A stretch of 64,000 nt of DNA from Vicugna vicugna (taxonomy: Eukaryota): contig MU058815.1 in assembly GCA_013265495.1 (NCBI GenBank), forward strand, positions 442,523 to 506,522, written 5' to 3'. The translations under genes and the position numbers were made by a program. The notes beneath the pieces were generated by a model, which saw nothing but the letters and a program-made list of their open reading frames with translations, ran no database searches and had not been told where the DNA came from. The stretch's first letter is position 1. Every line of letters begins with the position of its first letter. Positions 51,273 to 64,000 of this stretch are shown piece by piece.

Positions 51273-51639
51273 GGAGCCTGAAAGACCAGGCTTAGAAATC
51301 ACTGGAAAACACTGTCATGTCCCAGGGTGCTGCATTTAGGTGGTTTGATGGGAAACTCCCGGTGGCATGTCCACAGTGTAACTGCATGGGTCCGCCTCAC
51401 TCAGTTAACAGAGGATAAGTAGGTGGGAGGTGTGTGCAGAGGCTGCAGTGCTGGGATGGTCCCCTAGTCTTGGGCCATGGCAGGATGCGTGTCTTGCCTG
51501 TGCACTGAGATTTGCACTTCCCAAGACAGATGCCATGCCAGGTTCAGAGCGCCACCTCCTCTCAAACTAGCAGTTCCCCGACCTGTACTCCCCTTCCTCC
51601 CTTATGGCCAATAGACACTCTTTTTGGTCCTCAACTACT

Positions 51640-52060
51640 GATTCAAGTATTTACTGCTATAAAATACAGCACTCCCCAAAGGCTTAGTGGTTTAAAACAG
51701 CGGTGATTTGTTTTTCATTATTCTGTGGCTGGGCTGGGAGGGTCCTCTGGTGGCTTCTCCCGGGTCACCTGGGCCGGAACGTCTCCGATGGCCACAGACT
51801 ATGGGCTGGGGTACCTCAGTTCTCCTCCATCCAACACAGGCTAGACTGGGTGGCGAGAGAAAGAGACGCAAACCCCTTGGCTTGGGGTTTGGCACTCTGT
51901 CATGTCTGCCATTGTCAGCGGGTCAGAGCAAATCAGATCAACGGGGTGGAGAAACAGACTCCACGCTTTGATGGGGAGAGTACCACTGCCACTCCGCAGA
52001 GGAAACCGGACATGAGGAGGCGTGGCTCGTTGGGGGTCACTGTTGTCAGTCTCCCACAAA
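51640..52060 (-). mobile_element. MLT1 LTR remnant
   Basis: ccccaaaggcttagtggtttaaaacag...gagaaacagactccacgctttgatggg. Confidence 0.7.
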
Positions 52061-52719
52061 TACCCAGGGTGGATCCCACCCCCTTCAGCAAATAATGGAG
52101 CTTAGTGGCCGTGAACTGAGCCTAGAGCTTCAAAACCCACTTGAAGCTAACCACGGAATCACAGCGCTAGGATGCTTCATTAGAAGATTAAACTTGTCCC
52201 TTTATTGTCTTTGTTCTATCCAGAAACGTGATGACCCACTCTTGGATCATGACAGTATAATTTGAGAAGTACCCAGAAACATTTCTCTTTAATTGCAGAG
52301 TGACAAATCAGAAAAAGCAAATAACTTTAAAAAAAATTTTTTTAATTTGGAAATTGGAGTTAATGGAAAGCAATTACCATGGGAAAGTCTTATAATAATA
52401 ATAAAAAAAATGAAATGTGTTTAAAGTAATAAATGCTCATTGTAAAAAAAAATGTGTATAATCCAAAAAAAAAGAGTAAAAAGTAAAAAAAAAGATGACT
52501 TTTAACACAGCCATCATGTGAAGTTAACACCTCCATCTTTCCTGCATGTGATTTTAAAAAATCTTTAAAATCTTCTCTCTTAATTCAGTGGATAAAAAGG
52601 AAAACAAAATCAAAGCAAAGAACACAGAGGTCTCTGAGGAAACATGCAAGAAATTAAATTTGAGTTGGAGGGGAATAACTCACTGAAATTAAAAAAATAT
52701 ATATTTCAAAATATCCTAA

Positions 52720-53135
52720 AATAATTTATTAGGATATAATTCATACACCATACAATTCACTTATTTAAAGTTTACAACTCACTGGTATATTTTTTTTAGT
52801 ATATTCAGAATATGTCACCAGTGCAATCTAATTTTAAAACATTTGTCTCCCCTGAAAGAAAGACTTCCCAGACCATTTTCCCCTAAACCTCCAGCCTTGG
52901 GCAGCTGTTAATTTAATTCCTGTCCCTATGGATTGGTCTATTCTAGAATTTCAAATAAATGGATACAATATGTGGTCTTTAAGACCAACTTCTCTCACTT
53001 AGCAAAATATTTCCATGGTCCATACATGTTGGAGCATGTATCAGTCCTTCATTTCTTTTTATTGTTGAATACATTTCCATTCTATGAATATACCATATTT
53101 TGTTTACCCATTCATCAGTTGACAGACATTTGGGA
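52720..53135 (-). mobile_element. L1MB-like 3' end
   Basis: gatataattcatacaccatacaattcacttatttaaagt...tttgtttacccattcatcagttgacagacatttggg. Confidence 0.85.
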
Positions 53136-53407
53136 ACTCACTGAAATTTAAAAATTAATTTCTAGGCAACTTTTTAAATATTTTGACCGATGAGTCATGT
53201 TCTCAATTACTTTTTTAAAATCCTTAAGTTGTTTTCAATACCACAAAAGCAATCTGGACTTGAAAAATTAAAATACTACGGAACTGTTGACGAGAAACAC
53301 TGAAAGCCCCTCTGGTCCCCAATTCCCCTTTCTGCCCCATAAGGAAACCCTGTATTTCTAATGTTTTCATCTTAAATTCTCCCCCGCACCGTGTTTACAA
53401 ACCTATA

Positions 53408-54046
53408 CAGTCCATTCTCATTATTTGTGGATTCTGTATTTGCAAATTTATCTATTCACTAAATTTTGTTTCTAACCTCCAAATCCACACGAGTGGCACT
53501 TTCAAGGTCATTTTTGGACATTTCAAGATGCTGCAAAAATGTAAATTGTCTGACTCCGTGTTCCCAGCTGAGGTCACGACCAAGGTCAAACAACGTGATG
53601 GTCTGCCTTCTTGTTTCAGTTCATACTGTACACAAGTGTCCTTTTTGTGGTCTACTGAGCCCTACATTTTCCTGGTTTGGGGGCATTTGGTGGTGATTTC
53701 AGCACGGTGCTCAAGTGCTGTCTGGCGTCCTAAGCACAGAAAGGCTATAAGGCGTCTTACAGAGAAAACGTGTGTTACCTAAGCTTCCTTTCCCTCATGA
53801 GTTACAGGGCTGCTGACTACAAGTTCAATGTTCATGAATCAAGAATATGTATCAAATAAGGAGTCTTTAAATGGAAACACACATAAAACAAGGTTATGTA
53901 TTAAGCAGTTAGTGAAAAGGTGGTGACCAGAGGCTCACAGGAACCTAACTGTATCTCCCTTAGGAGTCAGTGGTTCAGTATTTGATAATTCATTGATGGC
54001 AGTGACTTTATAGAACATGACTATCATGAATACTGAGAATTGACTG
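53408..54046 (-). mobile_element. MER6-like TcMar-Tigger non-autonomous DNA transposon
   Basis: Terminal inverted repeats cagtccattctcattatt / aatactgagaattgactg (16/18 match); TA immediately to the left. Confidence 0.8.
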
Positions 54047-54179
54047 CATATGTAAATTCACATTCAATTTTCAAAACTGCATCATAAAATACATTGGTTT
54101 CCTACTTGAGTTTTTAAACTAAGGCATGATGGAGACACTTTCATATCAGTACGTTAGATCAAATGAAATCCTTTAAACG

Positions 54180-54395
54180 AATGGCAGGTGATCTGTAATC
54201 AAATCCAACCTCGGCCTGTCTTTGTAAATAAAATTTTAGGGAAGCACGGACATGCTCATTCTTTTCAGTACTGCCCATGACTGCTTTTGCATTTCAATGG
54301 CAGAGGTGAGTAGTTGAAAAGTAGACCATTAGGCACCCCCAAGTTTTCATTTACTATCTGTCCTTTTGCAGAAAAAAATTTTACCAAACTCTGCT
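54180..54395. mobile_element. MER58-like hAT remnant
   Basis: gcctgtctttgtaaataaaattttagggaagcacgg...atggcagaggtgagtagttg...tttactatctgtccttttgcagaaaaaa. Confidence 0.7.
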
Positions 54396-57300
54396 TCAAA
54401 CTGTTGCAGAAGATTCTGTAGTATGAATATTCAATAATTCAGTTGTTCCTTTATTTGAGGGTTTATAGTTCCTATATCATTTTTTGTTATTTTGCATAAT
54501 ACTACATGGATCATTGTCATCATTTATGTGTGTGAACAAGTGCAAGTATTTCGTAAAGTTTCTTGGAAGGTAAATTGCTAATTAAATGTGTCTACATGTT
54601 TGAACATTTGAGAGATCTTGATAAATCCTCTTCCAGACAGCTTATATATTTACACTTCGACAAGAGTGTATTTCCCTGTGCCCCTACTGAAACCCAAGAT
54701 TATCAAACTAAATGTTTGCCAAAATGATGGATGAAGAAATTTTTCTCCTTGTTTTTCTATTATGTTTTTCCTTAATGGTTAATGAGAAAGAATTTGTTAT
54801 TTTTCTATATTCATAACTTCACCACTACCACGTGGGCAAATATATGTATTTTATAATTTTGAGAATAAATATGTTTACTCTCCCACCTTTCAAGGCAAAC
54901 TCACTGGTGTTTTTGTTGGATTTGTCTTTTAACTGTCTTCACTCCTCTTCTCTCCTCTGTTTCACTGAAATAACTGGGAATTGCAGTTCCAGATTATCTT
55001 TTATTCTTTCAAAAATGTATGCTTCTACTTTTTAAAGAATCCTTATTTAACAACTGAAGCCCACTTTATAGCCATATCATTGACAAGTGTTAGATATACC
55101 TCTAATTTCATTACATTTCTCTGCTCACCATTCTTTGATTTGGGTGTTATCCTTTTTCTTGAATGTCTTTTCCATTTTATTGGAGTATATCCTCACATTA
55201 TTTTTTCAGAAAGGATACGAGAGTGTGTAGTGGACACTGTTATTTAGCAATCCAGCACCCATTTTTCCTTCTTTCTTTTGAAGAAAACCCTTTCGTGGTA
55301 TTCATCCCTTTCCTGCTTAAACCACATGACTTAGGGTAAGTGATCCCCATTCCTGGTTTGTGGATTAAGATAGCCAGCATGTGTCATGTTGTGTAGGGCT
55401 GACACACAGCCTGAGGCAGTTCCATCAGACTGAAGAGAAGGAAGTAGAGTTTCCACTTTTTCTCTCCTGATGTCTGTAAACTAGAGAATTTGAATCTTAG
55501 TGGGAGCAAGTCTTAGAATGACTCCGAAGCTAGAGGTAGGGGGATGGAGAGATGCACAGGCAGGTATGGGCTCTCTAGAGCATCTCTAAGCCCTAAAGCA
55601 GCCCTGTGTGACATCTGCCCTCCCTCAGGGGCTCCTGTTACTTGCAACCAAAAGCTTAACTTTCCAAGTCCAATGCTGTCTTTGTTTCCTCTCACATTTT
55701 ATTGATATTTGGCCCTACGTTTAAAATAATTTCCCCTGAGAAAGAAAGCAGTGTTTCCTTCTCTTCAAGTGTCAGATACAGCATTTGATAGAGACTTCAG
55801 TCTGATTCTTGTTGTTCATGAAGTAAACTCTTGATCTGCTTGGAAAGTTTTAAGATTTCCTCTTTGTCCTTGATAAAGAGTTTCTCCAAATTGTACCTAG
55901 ATGTGTGTCTTTTAAATTTTTCTGCTTGGCACTTGGTGGATTCTTTAAATCTCAAAACTTGAGGTTTTGTTCATCTGTAAGAAATTTTCTTACACTAATT
56001 TTTTTTTATCCTCTTCATCAAAGAATCTAACTGATTTGTTGGACTTTTATGTATATTTTTTGGTCTTTTAAGTTTTTGGTCTCTCTCATTTCCAATTTCT
56101 TTCTTTGATATTACCTTACAGACCACAGATAACCCCATCTTTACCTATATTCAGTCAACAATTTGAAACTTCGGATGGAATCCTCAGTTTTAATAATCAT
56201 ACATATATGTATAATTTTATATATACATAATGCACATAATTTTTAAAAATTCTAACAACTTTTGCTCTGACTGCTCCTTTTTCCTAGCAGTCCATTCTTG
56301 TTTTATTGATGTAGTATGCACTTGAATCCATCTAAGAATCAATTCACATTGACCAGGGTCTTCGCAGGTGAAAAAAAAAAAAAGAACATCATGTATATTG
56401 TTCTATATAGGCTAGCATCTATAAGATGCTAGGCTCTTAGTGTTAAGATTTAGGGGTTCACATGACTATTAAAAGGTGGGGGGGAATACAGGTAAGTGAA
56501 GTAGTCACTAAAAATTTTAGCCTGGCTTCCCCAAAGTGGGTGATTCTCAGGAGATTTCCAGGAAGCTGTTGCAATTCTCATAAATCTTTGGAAGCTTCCA
56601 TCAATTTCCACTCTGCAGAAGTGAGGTGGGTGGTTCTGTAGAGCAATCTGGGAGAATGCTGAGTTCAACATCTGTTCACATGTTCTGTTAGAACTGCCAC
56701 CTACAAATAACGGCCTCTCCTCTTGTCTTCCTAATCTCTTGCATGTGTCTTTCATGAGCAGACACTTTCCAGAACCATCCAAGAAAGAAGATTCTGGGAA
56801 CTTAGTTCCTGGCTCCATTGCAATGTGAAGACCATAGATGGAAGTGTGGTTGATGCCTTGTTGACAACAGACTGTCAAGCACATATTGCTCCCCTTATTG
56901 TCTCTGTTTCCTTCCAAGTCTGTTGTGTTTGTTCATCTTGGTCCTTCTTTTTCATGCATGTTCCATGTATTTTAATGACAGGAGGTTTCTTGTGTGTTTC
57001 CTTAAAGATTTCCCATCAGTCCCCTTGTCTGAAGGTGTGCTAGGGAGCAGATGCGCATGGAAGGGAGCCACATAGCTATCAATGGATGCTCTTATTCAGG
57101 GGGTGATGTAAGTTCACGTATCTCTTACCCTTGAGGTGAGATATCTATTTTTCCTCCCATTTTCCTGTTAGTCCAACATTATCTCATTCTCTCCCATGCT
57201 TCTCCAGGGGAAAACCACAAAGGCCATCAGATCTCTACATTGTTTAGACTCATAAGAAATGAAATGGGGGCTTTGGTTTTGAGATAGCATCTCTGGTGCC

Positions 57301-58159
57301 ACTTTCTTATTTGCAAAATGTTTGATTCCCTGATAAGCCCTTGTGCTGTTTTTCAGCAAGCTGATGGATTTGTCATCTAAAAGTAAATTTTTTTCTCATT
57401 TCATGGGACCCTTAAGGGAATAAATATCATGGTCAGGGCTCCCCAAAGTGCCTTTACCAACACATGGATTCTTCAAGACCTTCCTGTGCTTGGCACCCCA
57501 AGCTTCGGGGGGAAATACGAGCATGCAGAAGGGTCAACTGGTTAAATACTGAACTTATTACTAGAGTTCTCAGGAAAAAAAGAAGAAAAGACTTTTGTTT
57601 ATATTTTTATTGCCATATCTAGAGAACATCTGGAAAACATCGTTGTCACTAACTCACTCCATTTGTATTGTTTCCTCAAGAAGTGGAAAAAAAAAAAAAG
57701 GAAATCCCAAATAACAATGTTCTCTTTTGCAGGGCCAAATATGCTTCTTTATTGTAGATCTATTTGATTATAGCTCCTGACACAGCTCCCACTGTTTGCT
57801 AAGCCAGGATTACAGTGAGCGTACACTGTCACAGATTACTGAATATGATAATTGCTGCCGTTGTCAATAAGAAGCGTTCAGTGAGTCTCTCCTGCAACGT
57901 AATGCTTTAGAATGCGGGAGATACAGCATCAAAAAGTGGCTCCTGCCGACACAGAACGTCTGGTTTGGTTGGAGGGATCAGACTGATGGTCCTGGCGTAC
58001 TGTGAGATAACTAATTGCATGGTTCTGACAGTGAGGGATGAACAGGGACTCAGGGAACTGAGGATACTGAAGTATTTAGATTGGTCCTTGAAGACCCATT
58101 AGGCTTCAAATACGGAACTGAGATATGTGGGGATGTATTCATTATGTATTGTGATTGAA

Positions 58160-58600
58160 TATATATTATCCCCAAACTTACCCGCTTAAAACAACACACA
58201 TTTATTACCTCATAGGTTCTGTGGGCAGGGAGCCCTGGTGCAGCTTAGCTGGGCGATCTTGATCAAGGTACTAGCCAGGGCTGGGGGCTCACCTGAGGCT
58301 CAACTGGGGAAGGACTCAATTCCAGGTTCTCGTGGTTCTTGACAGGCGTCAGGTCCTTGAGGCGGTTGGACCGAGGGGCTCATTCCTCGCTGTGTTCAGA
58401 ACTTCTCCAACATGGCAGATTTCCTCACCAGAGGCAGCAGGAGAGAGAGTCGGCTGGCCATAGGAACGCTACCATCGTGCGTAACCTAATCACGGGATGC
58501 CATCCCTTCACCTGTGTGGTGTTTTACTGATCAGAAGCGAGTCCCAGGTCTGCCCACGCACAAGGGCCGTGTCTACTGTGCCTGCGACCACAGACCATGC
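58160..58600 (-). mobile_element. MLT1 LTR remnant
   Basis: ccccaaacttacccgcttaaaacaacacacatttattacctcataggttctgtgggcaggg. Confidence 0.75.
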
Positions 58601-58849
58601 CTGCAGGAGAAAGATGGCCTGTAGAGGGCGCACAGCACAGAGGCAGGGAGGTGCGGGGCCGCGGGACGCATCAGAACAGGCACAGGGAGAGCGTGAAGCT
58701 CTGCGCAGGGAGAGGAGGCGCGGGGCCCACGGCTGAGAAGCCTGCCTGCGAGCGGAAGGTGGCGGATGGCTCTCTGCGGCGAGAAGAAACCCTGGGAAAC
58801 ACCCACGTGGGCCTCCTACAGTGTTCTTGTTAAAAACGTTTAAACTCAA

Positions 58850-59400
58850 ATCTCATCAAACCTTTAGATGGACGTCTAGTTACAAGAGATACAGGGACGG
58901 AGGAACAATAAAAATGACACCCGAAGGAAACAATCTGACAAAATCCTTAAAGTGAGACACTTTTCATAACAGCTGGCCTGGCCTCTCCAACAAGCCAATA
59001 AATATCACGCAGAAATAAGGGCTGGGGAGGGCTAGTTTAATTAAAAACATCATGCGATGCTTGGATTGTGGCTCTAAAAAAACCAGGGGAGGCATCTGGG
59101 GTGGACAATTGGGGAAATTTGAATGTGGAGTGAGCATTAGATTACATTTCAGGATTATTATGAAAATGACATCATAATTCTAGAGGAGAAAATCCTGATT
59201 CTTTTTTTTTACAAGTGTTGGATGAAATATTCAGGTATAAAGTGTCACGAAAGCTGTAACCTATTTTATAATGGTTCAGTGTAGTATATAGTAACTTATA
59301 ATGAGGAAGAATATGAAAATGAATACATGTTTGTCTATGTAGGACTCAGCTGTTATGCTGTACACCAGAAATTGACACAACATTGTAACTGTACTTAAAA
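58850..59400 (+). mobile_element. L1MC-like 3' end followed by a younger L1 3' terminus
   Basis: ggacaattggggaaatttgaatgtgg..., then gctgtacaccagaaattgacacaacattgtaact. Confidence 0.7.
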
Positions 59401-59739
59401 TACATGTGTATATGTGTGTGTGTGTGTGTGTACAGACACACATAGCTTGAGGTTGGGCAGTCAGAACAGCAAAAAACAACATATAGTAAGACCTGACATA
59501 CTCTCAAATAGGTTGTCCTGTAAATTCCAAAGAGCATCTTTTTTTATTCTTTGTCTTAGTCAAGCTGTGTCTTTCTGTTCAAACCAGGTCAGTGCTCTGC
59601 TAAGAGCAACAGCTCCATTATTTCTTGTCGAATTGAAAATATTCAAAGACATCGGACCACCTTTGGGCTAAAAATAGCTTTAAAAAAGAAGAAGAAGAAG
59701 AAGAAGGGCTATTTTTCTTACAGAACAGTAAGTCGGGAG

Positions 59740-61600
59740 AAAGCAGTTGCCTCAGCTGCTCCGCGAGGTCCTCCGGGATCCCGGGTCTTTCTGTCTCCCT
59801 GCTCCTCCATCCTTGGTGTGATGGTTCACATGCAGGTTTGCTGCCTCCTGTCTGCAGGCAGCTGCAGTGGTCTCCGGTGTAAGAAGGAGGGGGCGCCTCC
59901 CACGGGCCTGCCACTGATGTATCTTTAGCCGTAACCGCTCCCACGGTGCACCGGGCGGCAAGCAGTTCTGGGAAACCAGGTTTGAGCCATTCTGCACTCT
60001 CTTAGGGGCCAGCAGAGGAGGAGAGGTTATGAATTGGGTTCTGGAGGAGCTAACACACAGGTCTGACCTCCAGCCGTTTCCTACATTGTCAAATGCCTCT
60101 TCTGTGTCGATTTCTTTAGCAGGCACCCAAACACAGAGTAAAGGAAAAGAAAAAATTGAAAAAAAACCTTAATTTGAAAAGTTACCGCGTTTAGTATGCG
60201 TGGAGCACTAATTCCTTCCGTAAACATTTGGCAAGGCTCTGACTACACACCAAACGCTGGGCGGAAATCCCTGGAGACAAGGATGAATGAAGGCGGTTCC
60301 ACATCCGAGAGCGTTTACAGTACCGCTGTGGAAGCAGGCCTGTAAATAAACAGTTACAGCACAATGTGGGAAAGCTCCTGTAAAAGAAACGCTAAACAGG
60401 GAGTGATCATCTGGCCTGAGGACCCAGAAATGGTCCCAAGAAAAATCAGCAGAAGCCAAGGGCTGGTGCTGAGGGCACCTTGGTATCCAGAGAAGCCGCC
60501 GAGCGGCTTTTAAGCGACCGCTCTGGTGAGGGCGTGGCCGCGCTCCCCCAAGAATGTCGTTTTCAGCTTTGCAGAAGATGTGCAAGACGTGGGGGCCGGA
60601 GTCTCCTTCCGGTTCCGCTGCTGATTCTCCGGGCGAGATCAAGTTTGAAAAGTGAACTTGGGGAGCCTCTTGATGGGGCGCGGCCACCTTAGAACCGGTC
60701 CCATCCTGGAAGGACACGCCTGCTCCGTGCGCGGGGCCTTAACGGCGGAGCAGACGCGGTGCTGGAGCTTGCAGCCATCTGTTAGCACTTGGTACCTTTT
60801 TTTTTTTTTTTGGCAGAACAAGCCGGGCGGAACTCACTACGCAAACTTGTACCTGGAAATCACGAGATGCGATGGCAGACAGGCGCGGTGGCCTTGGAGC
60901 CTCTCCAAGCTGCGCGGCATAGCCTGCGTTTCCCGCGCCGAGTTTCCTGGGACAGCATCGCCTTCCCGATGACAGGAGGCACCAAAACAAACCGTTACCA
61001 GGAGGAAAAGACTTCCAGTCCGGAAATATTAAAATAACTTCGCATCCGCCAGATCTGGAGAGAGAGATTGCACGCGGTCATCGGCGCTCTAATTTAGTTC
61101 GATTTTTTTTGTTTTACTATAAAGCCTTCACCTCTCCTTTTTTGGTCACTTAAGCTCTCCTTGCCGGTGGTTTAAAAATGTCTTTTACTCCATGACATTA
61201 GAGGAAAGGCGCTGTTGGACTCATACTGGAGTTATAAATGACTCGCGCACAACTGTTTTTTATTTCCATTTTGTTTCACTGACTGAGAATGTAAATTGAA
61301 CTTCAGTGCCATTGTGCTTTGTTCTGCCTCCCTTTGTGGAAATGTGTTCTGAATTAAAGCCCACAAATAAACCGGAGCGGTCCCAAATATTGCCCTGCAG
61401 CTTTCGACTAGCCTGCGAGCCAAGAAAAGATAGAGAATGTGGTTTTATGAGCCCCAGATGGCGGGGTGGGTGTCATGATGTCTTTATGCGGAGAGGTCAC
61501 GGGTTCAGGGTCCATCTGGAGCCGTCTCAGCGCCACTTTGTATCCGGAGGCGTCAAGATGGGATCTTGGGACGGGGGCCTCCTCCACCTCACCGCGCGAC
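59740..61600. promoter_or_regulatory. Repeat-free CpG-enriched region (putative distal regulatory element)
   Basis: Many retained CpGs; E2F-type TTTCCCGC at 60929-60936. Confidence 0.45.
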
Positions 61601-62002
61601 CTTGACCAGGGCCCAGTTCACTCATCGGCACCTTTGATGCAGAACAAAACACCATCCTGAGTGACGTCCCCCTAGTCTCTTGTCTCCACCGACTTTAGCT
61701 TTGCCATGACCCCACACTAGCTTCTTCCCTGTTCCTTACTGGGAAACTCACAGCAGCCTCTCACCCACTCACTGCTGAAGCAAGCAGGAAGCCTTAGAGG
61801 GGTATTTTCCGGGCATCTCTCTGCTTGAAGAGTCCTGGGAGAGAGAGCAGTGAAAAGAAAGTTTGTGAGAGCGTTTTCTGTCTCTCTCCAGAGCAGACAT
61901 AAAGCTAAAAGCTGGAGTGACGACATTTTGTTCTGCTTTTGAATAGTACGGGTACGACAGAAGTCATCATTGATTTGTGGTTCTGTTATGAATTCAGGAA
62001 AC

Positions 62003-62140
62003 TTTTTAAAAAATAAATTTTTGGAGGGGGGTTGGTAATTAGGTTTATTTATTTATTTGTTTTAATGGAGGGACTGGGGATCGAACCCAGGACCTCGTGC
62101 CTGCTAAGCATGTGCTCCACCCCTGAGCTATACTCACCCC
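62003..62140 (-). mobile_element. Vic-1-like SINE
   Basis: gactggggatcgaacccaggacctcgtgcctgctaagcatgtgctccacccctgagctatac. Confidence 0.9.
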
Positions 62141-62148
62141 ATAATGGC

Positions 62149-62311
62149 TTCTTTTTTTCAATTTTTAAAAAATTCTTATTTTGTGGGGAGGGGGGAGGTA
62201 ATTAAGTTTATTTATTTTTATTTATTTATTTTTTAGTGGAGGTACTGGGGCTTGAACCCAGGATCTCACACATGCTAAGCACGCACTCTACCACTGAACT
62301 ATACCCTCCCC
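62149..62311 (-). mobile_element. Vic-1-like SINE (tandem with the previous copy)
   Basis: gtactggggcttgaacccaggatctcacacatgctaagcacgcactctaccactgaactataccctcccc. Confidence 0.9.
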
Positions 62312-62329
62312 TTCATATACCATTTTCTT

Positions 62330-62570
62330 TCATTTTTAATTAGAAAAATTGTTAACTGGGGTAAAAGACACATAACGTAAAATTATCACTGTTCTTTTTT
62401 AAGCGTGGAGTTCTGTGGCATGAAGTCCATCCACACTGTCATGTGAACCACCATCCCCCCCCTCCCTCCTCAGAACCCTTTCCATCTTGCAAAACTGAAA
62501 CTGTCTCCATCAAACGCTAACTCTGCAGCCACCCCTCCCCCCAGGCCCCTCCTTGCAACCTTAATTCATG
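62330..62570 (-). mobile_element. L1MB-like 3' end
   Basis: ggtaaaagacacataacgtaaaatt...catcttgcaaaactgaaactgtctccatcaaac. Confidence 0.7.
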
Positions 62571-63339
62571 CACTTTTGCTAAACTTTTAGGTATAAGCTG
62601 TAGAGAAGTCATTCTCCTCTTTCTTCTCTAGCATTCTGAGCTTGACCCCTCTTCATTCCAGTCAGCACAAGGGAAGAGGGGGCTCCCTGGGTGGGCGTCT
62701 GGGGGAAGCTGGTGGTGCCTGGATCGTCCACAGCGGGCGCTCCAGATCTGGTTATTGAGCTCTTATGCCTTCTCAGGGGCTGTGGTGGCTCAGATCTGCC
62801 TGTGACTGGGGGGGTGCTGGGGGAGGATATTCGGAAAAAGCCCTTAGGAAGTAGACGGAGAACCCTCTCCAATCAGCTGCAACACTCGTGAAACTGATCA
62901 TTTGATCACTGACTGTCATTTGGTTCAGAATTCAGAAGAAAAGAGGGGCGTTATTTGCTGCCGCCTTCAGACCTCAACACGAGCTTGAGAACATTGTGTA
63001 TGCCTTACATTTTACATGATGAATACGTTTTAGTCTATATGTTGGCATATCCTTGAAGGTTCTTCAGTTCAACTTTCTACGTCAATTATATGCCAGTCTT
63101 GGTGAGCAGAGGCCAGTTCTCTTGTTTATAACTGGCACCTTCCTGGGTCGCACAAGACTAAACAGACCTCAACCAGGATTCCCCTGGGACGGCTCCCGTC
63201 ACCCGCGAGAGAAGCCGCCTGACTTCTGATCACACAGCCATGCCGGCCGCGGGAGGGCGCCACCCGTGGGCCTCGGGATTTGGTGCTCAAGTGGGAGGAA
63301 ACCATTCCGTCACCATGGCTCCTTTTCTTCATCTTTTTA

Positions 63340-63684
63340 ATTCTTACGCAATTTTAGACTTGCAGGAAAGTCGGCCAGTAGGGCTGAGAGTTCCTGTGTA
63401 CCCTCGTCCAGATTCCCCTAATGGTAACATCTTCCAGGCCATGATGATCAAACCCAGGAAATGAGCGTTGCCCGGACGCTAGCTAGACGAACTACCGACC
63501 TCACGCGAGTCTCACCCGTTTTCCCGCCGTGTCCCTTCTCTGTTCCAGGATCCCGCCTTGCACCTCGTGCTCACCGCCCCTCGGTCTCCTCCGTTCTGGG
63601 GCAGTTCCTCAGTCTTCTTTGTCTTTGATGGCCTCGACACACTTTTGCAGAGCCCTGATCAGTTACTTCTAGAGAATGTCTCCC
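63340..63684 (-). mobile_element. L1MC-like 3' end
   Basis: caattttagacttgcaggaaag...gattcccctaatggtaacatctt...tctgttccaggatccc. Confidence 0.65.
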
Positions 63685-63975
63685 TTTTTTTTTTTAATTG
63701 AAGTATAGTCAGTTTACCATGTTGTGTAGTCTCTGGTGTACAGCACAATGTCTCAGCCATCCATATACATTCATGTGCTCCTTTTCATACTCTTTTTCAT
63801 TGTAGATTATTACAAGATATTGACGACAGTTCCCTGTGCTGTGCAGGAGAAACGTGTCATTTATCTGTTTTATATACAGTAGTCAGCATCTGCAAATTCC
63901 AAACTCCCGATTTTTCCCGCTGGTAAGTTTGCTTTCTGTGTCTGTGAGTCTGTTTCTGTTCTGTAAATAAGTGCC
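63685..63975 (-). mobile_element. L1 3'-end fragment
   Basis: ttttaattgaagtatagtcagtttacc...gttccctgtgctgtgcag...tgtgagtctgtttctgtt. Confidence 0.88.
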
Positions 63976-64000
63976 TTTTAAATTGTTTTAGATAGAACGT

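Noticed and set aside
61040..61110. Possible Pol III RNA (gttcgatt followed by a T run)
   Set aside because: No convincing A box or cloverleaf; the B-box-like motif runs directly into the T tract.

Overview
Mammalian genomic DNA, very probably camelid (alpaca/camel), because it carries eight copies of a tRNA-Ala(AGC)-headed SINE matching the camelid Vic-1 type, plus many artiodactyl-type L1 3'-end fragments. I find no protein-coding region I can support; the long ORFs in the track are GC-rich artefacts. The dominant feature is a large CpG island at about 40.5-42.9 kb, with a 45-N gap at 42631-42675. Minus-strand splice donors and L1 orientation bias suggest it is the promoter/first exon of a minus-strand gene I could not identify, whose intron would fill roughly 1-40 kb. 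A divergent plus-strand transcript to the right is also possible. Smaller CpG-rich patches lie at about 1.1-1.4, 8.0-8.65, 36.0-36.6 and 59.7-61.6 kb. The rest is ordinary interspersed repeat: L1, L2, MIR, MLT1, one ERV1-like solo LTR and MER DNA transposons. The most unusual structure is a composite insertion at about 18.1-18.45 kb: a 49-bp near-perfect fold-back duplication of flanking DNA, fused to a SINE whose tail contains an L1 3' end. I see no evidence of a new biological system. Repeat subfamily names come from recall of consensus sequences and need RepeatMasker/Dfam confirmation.
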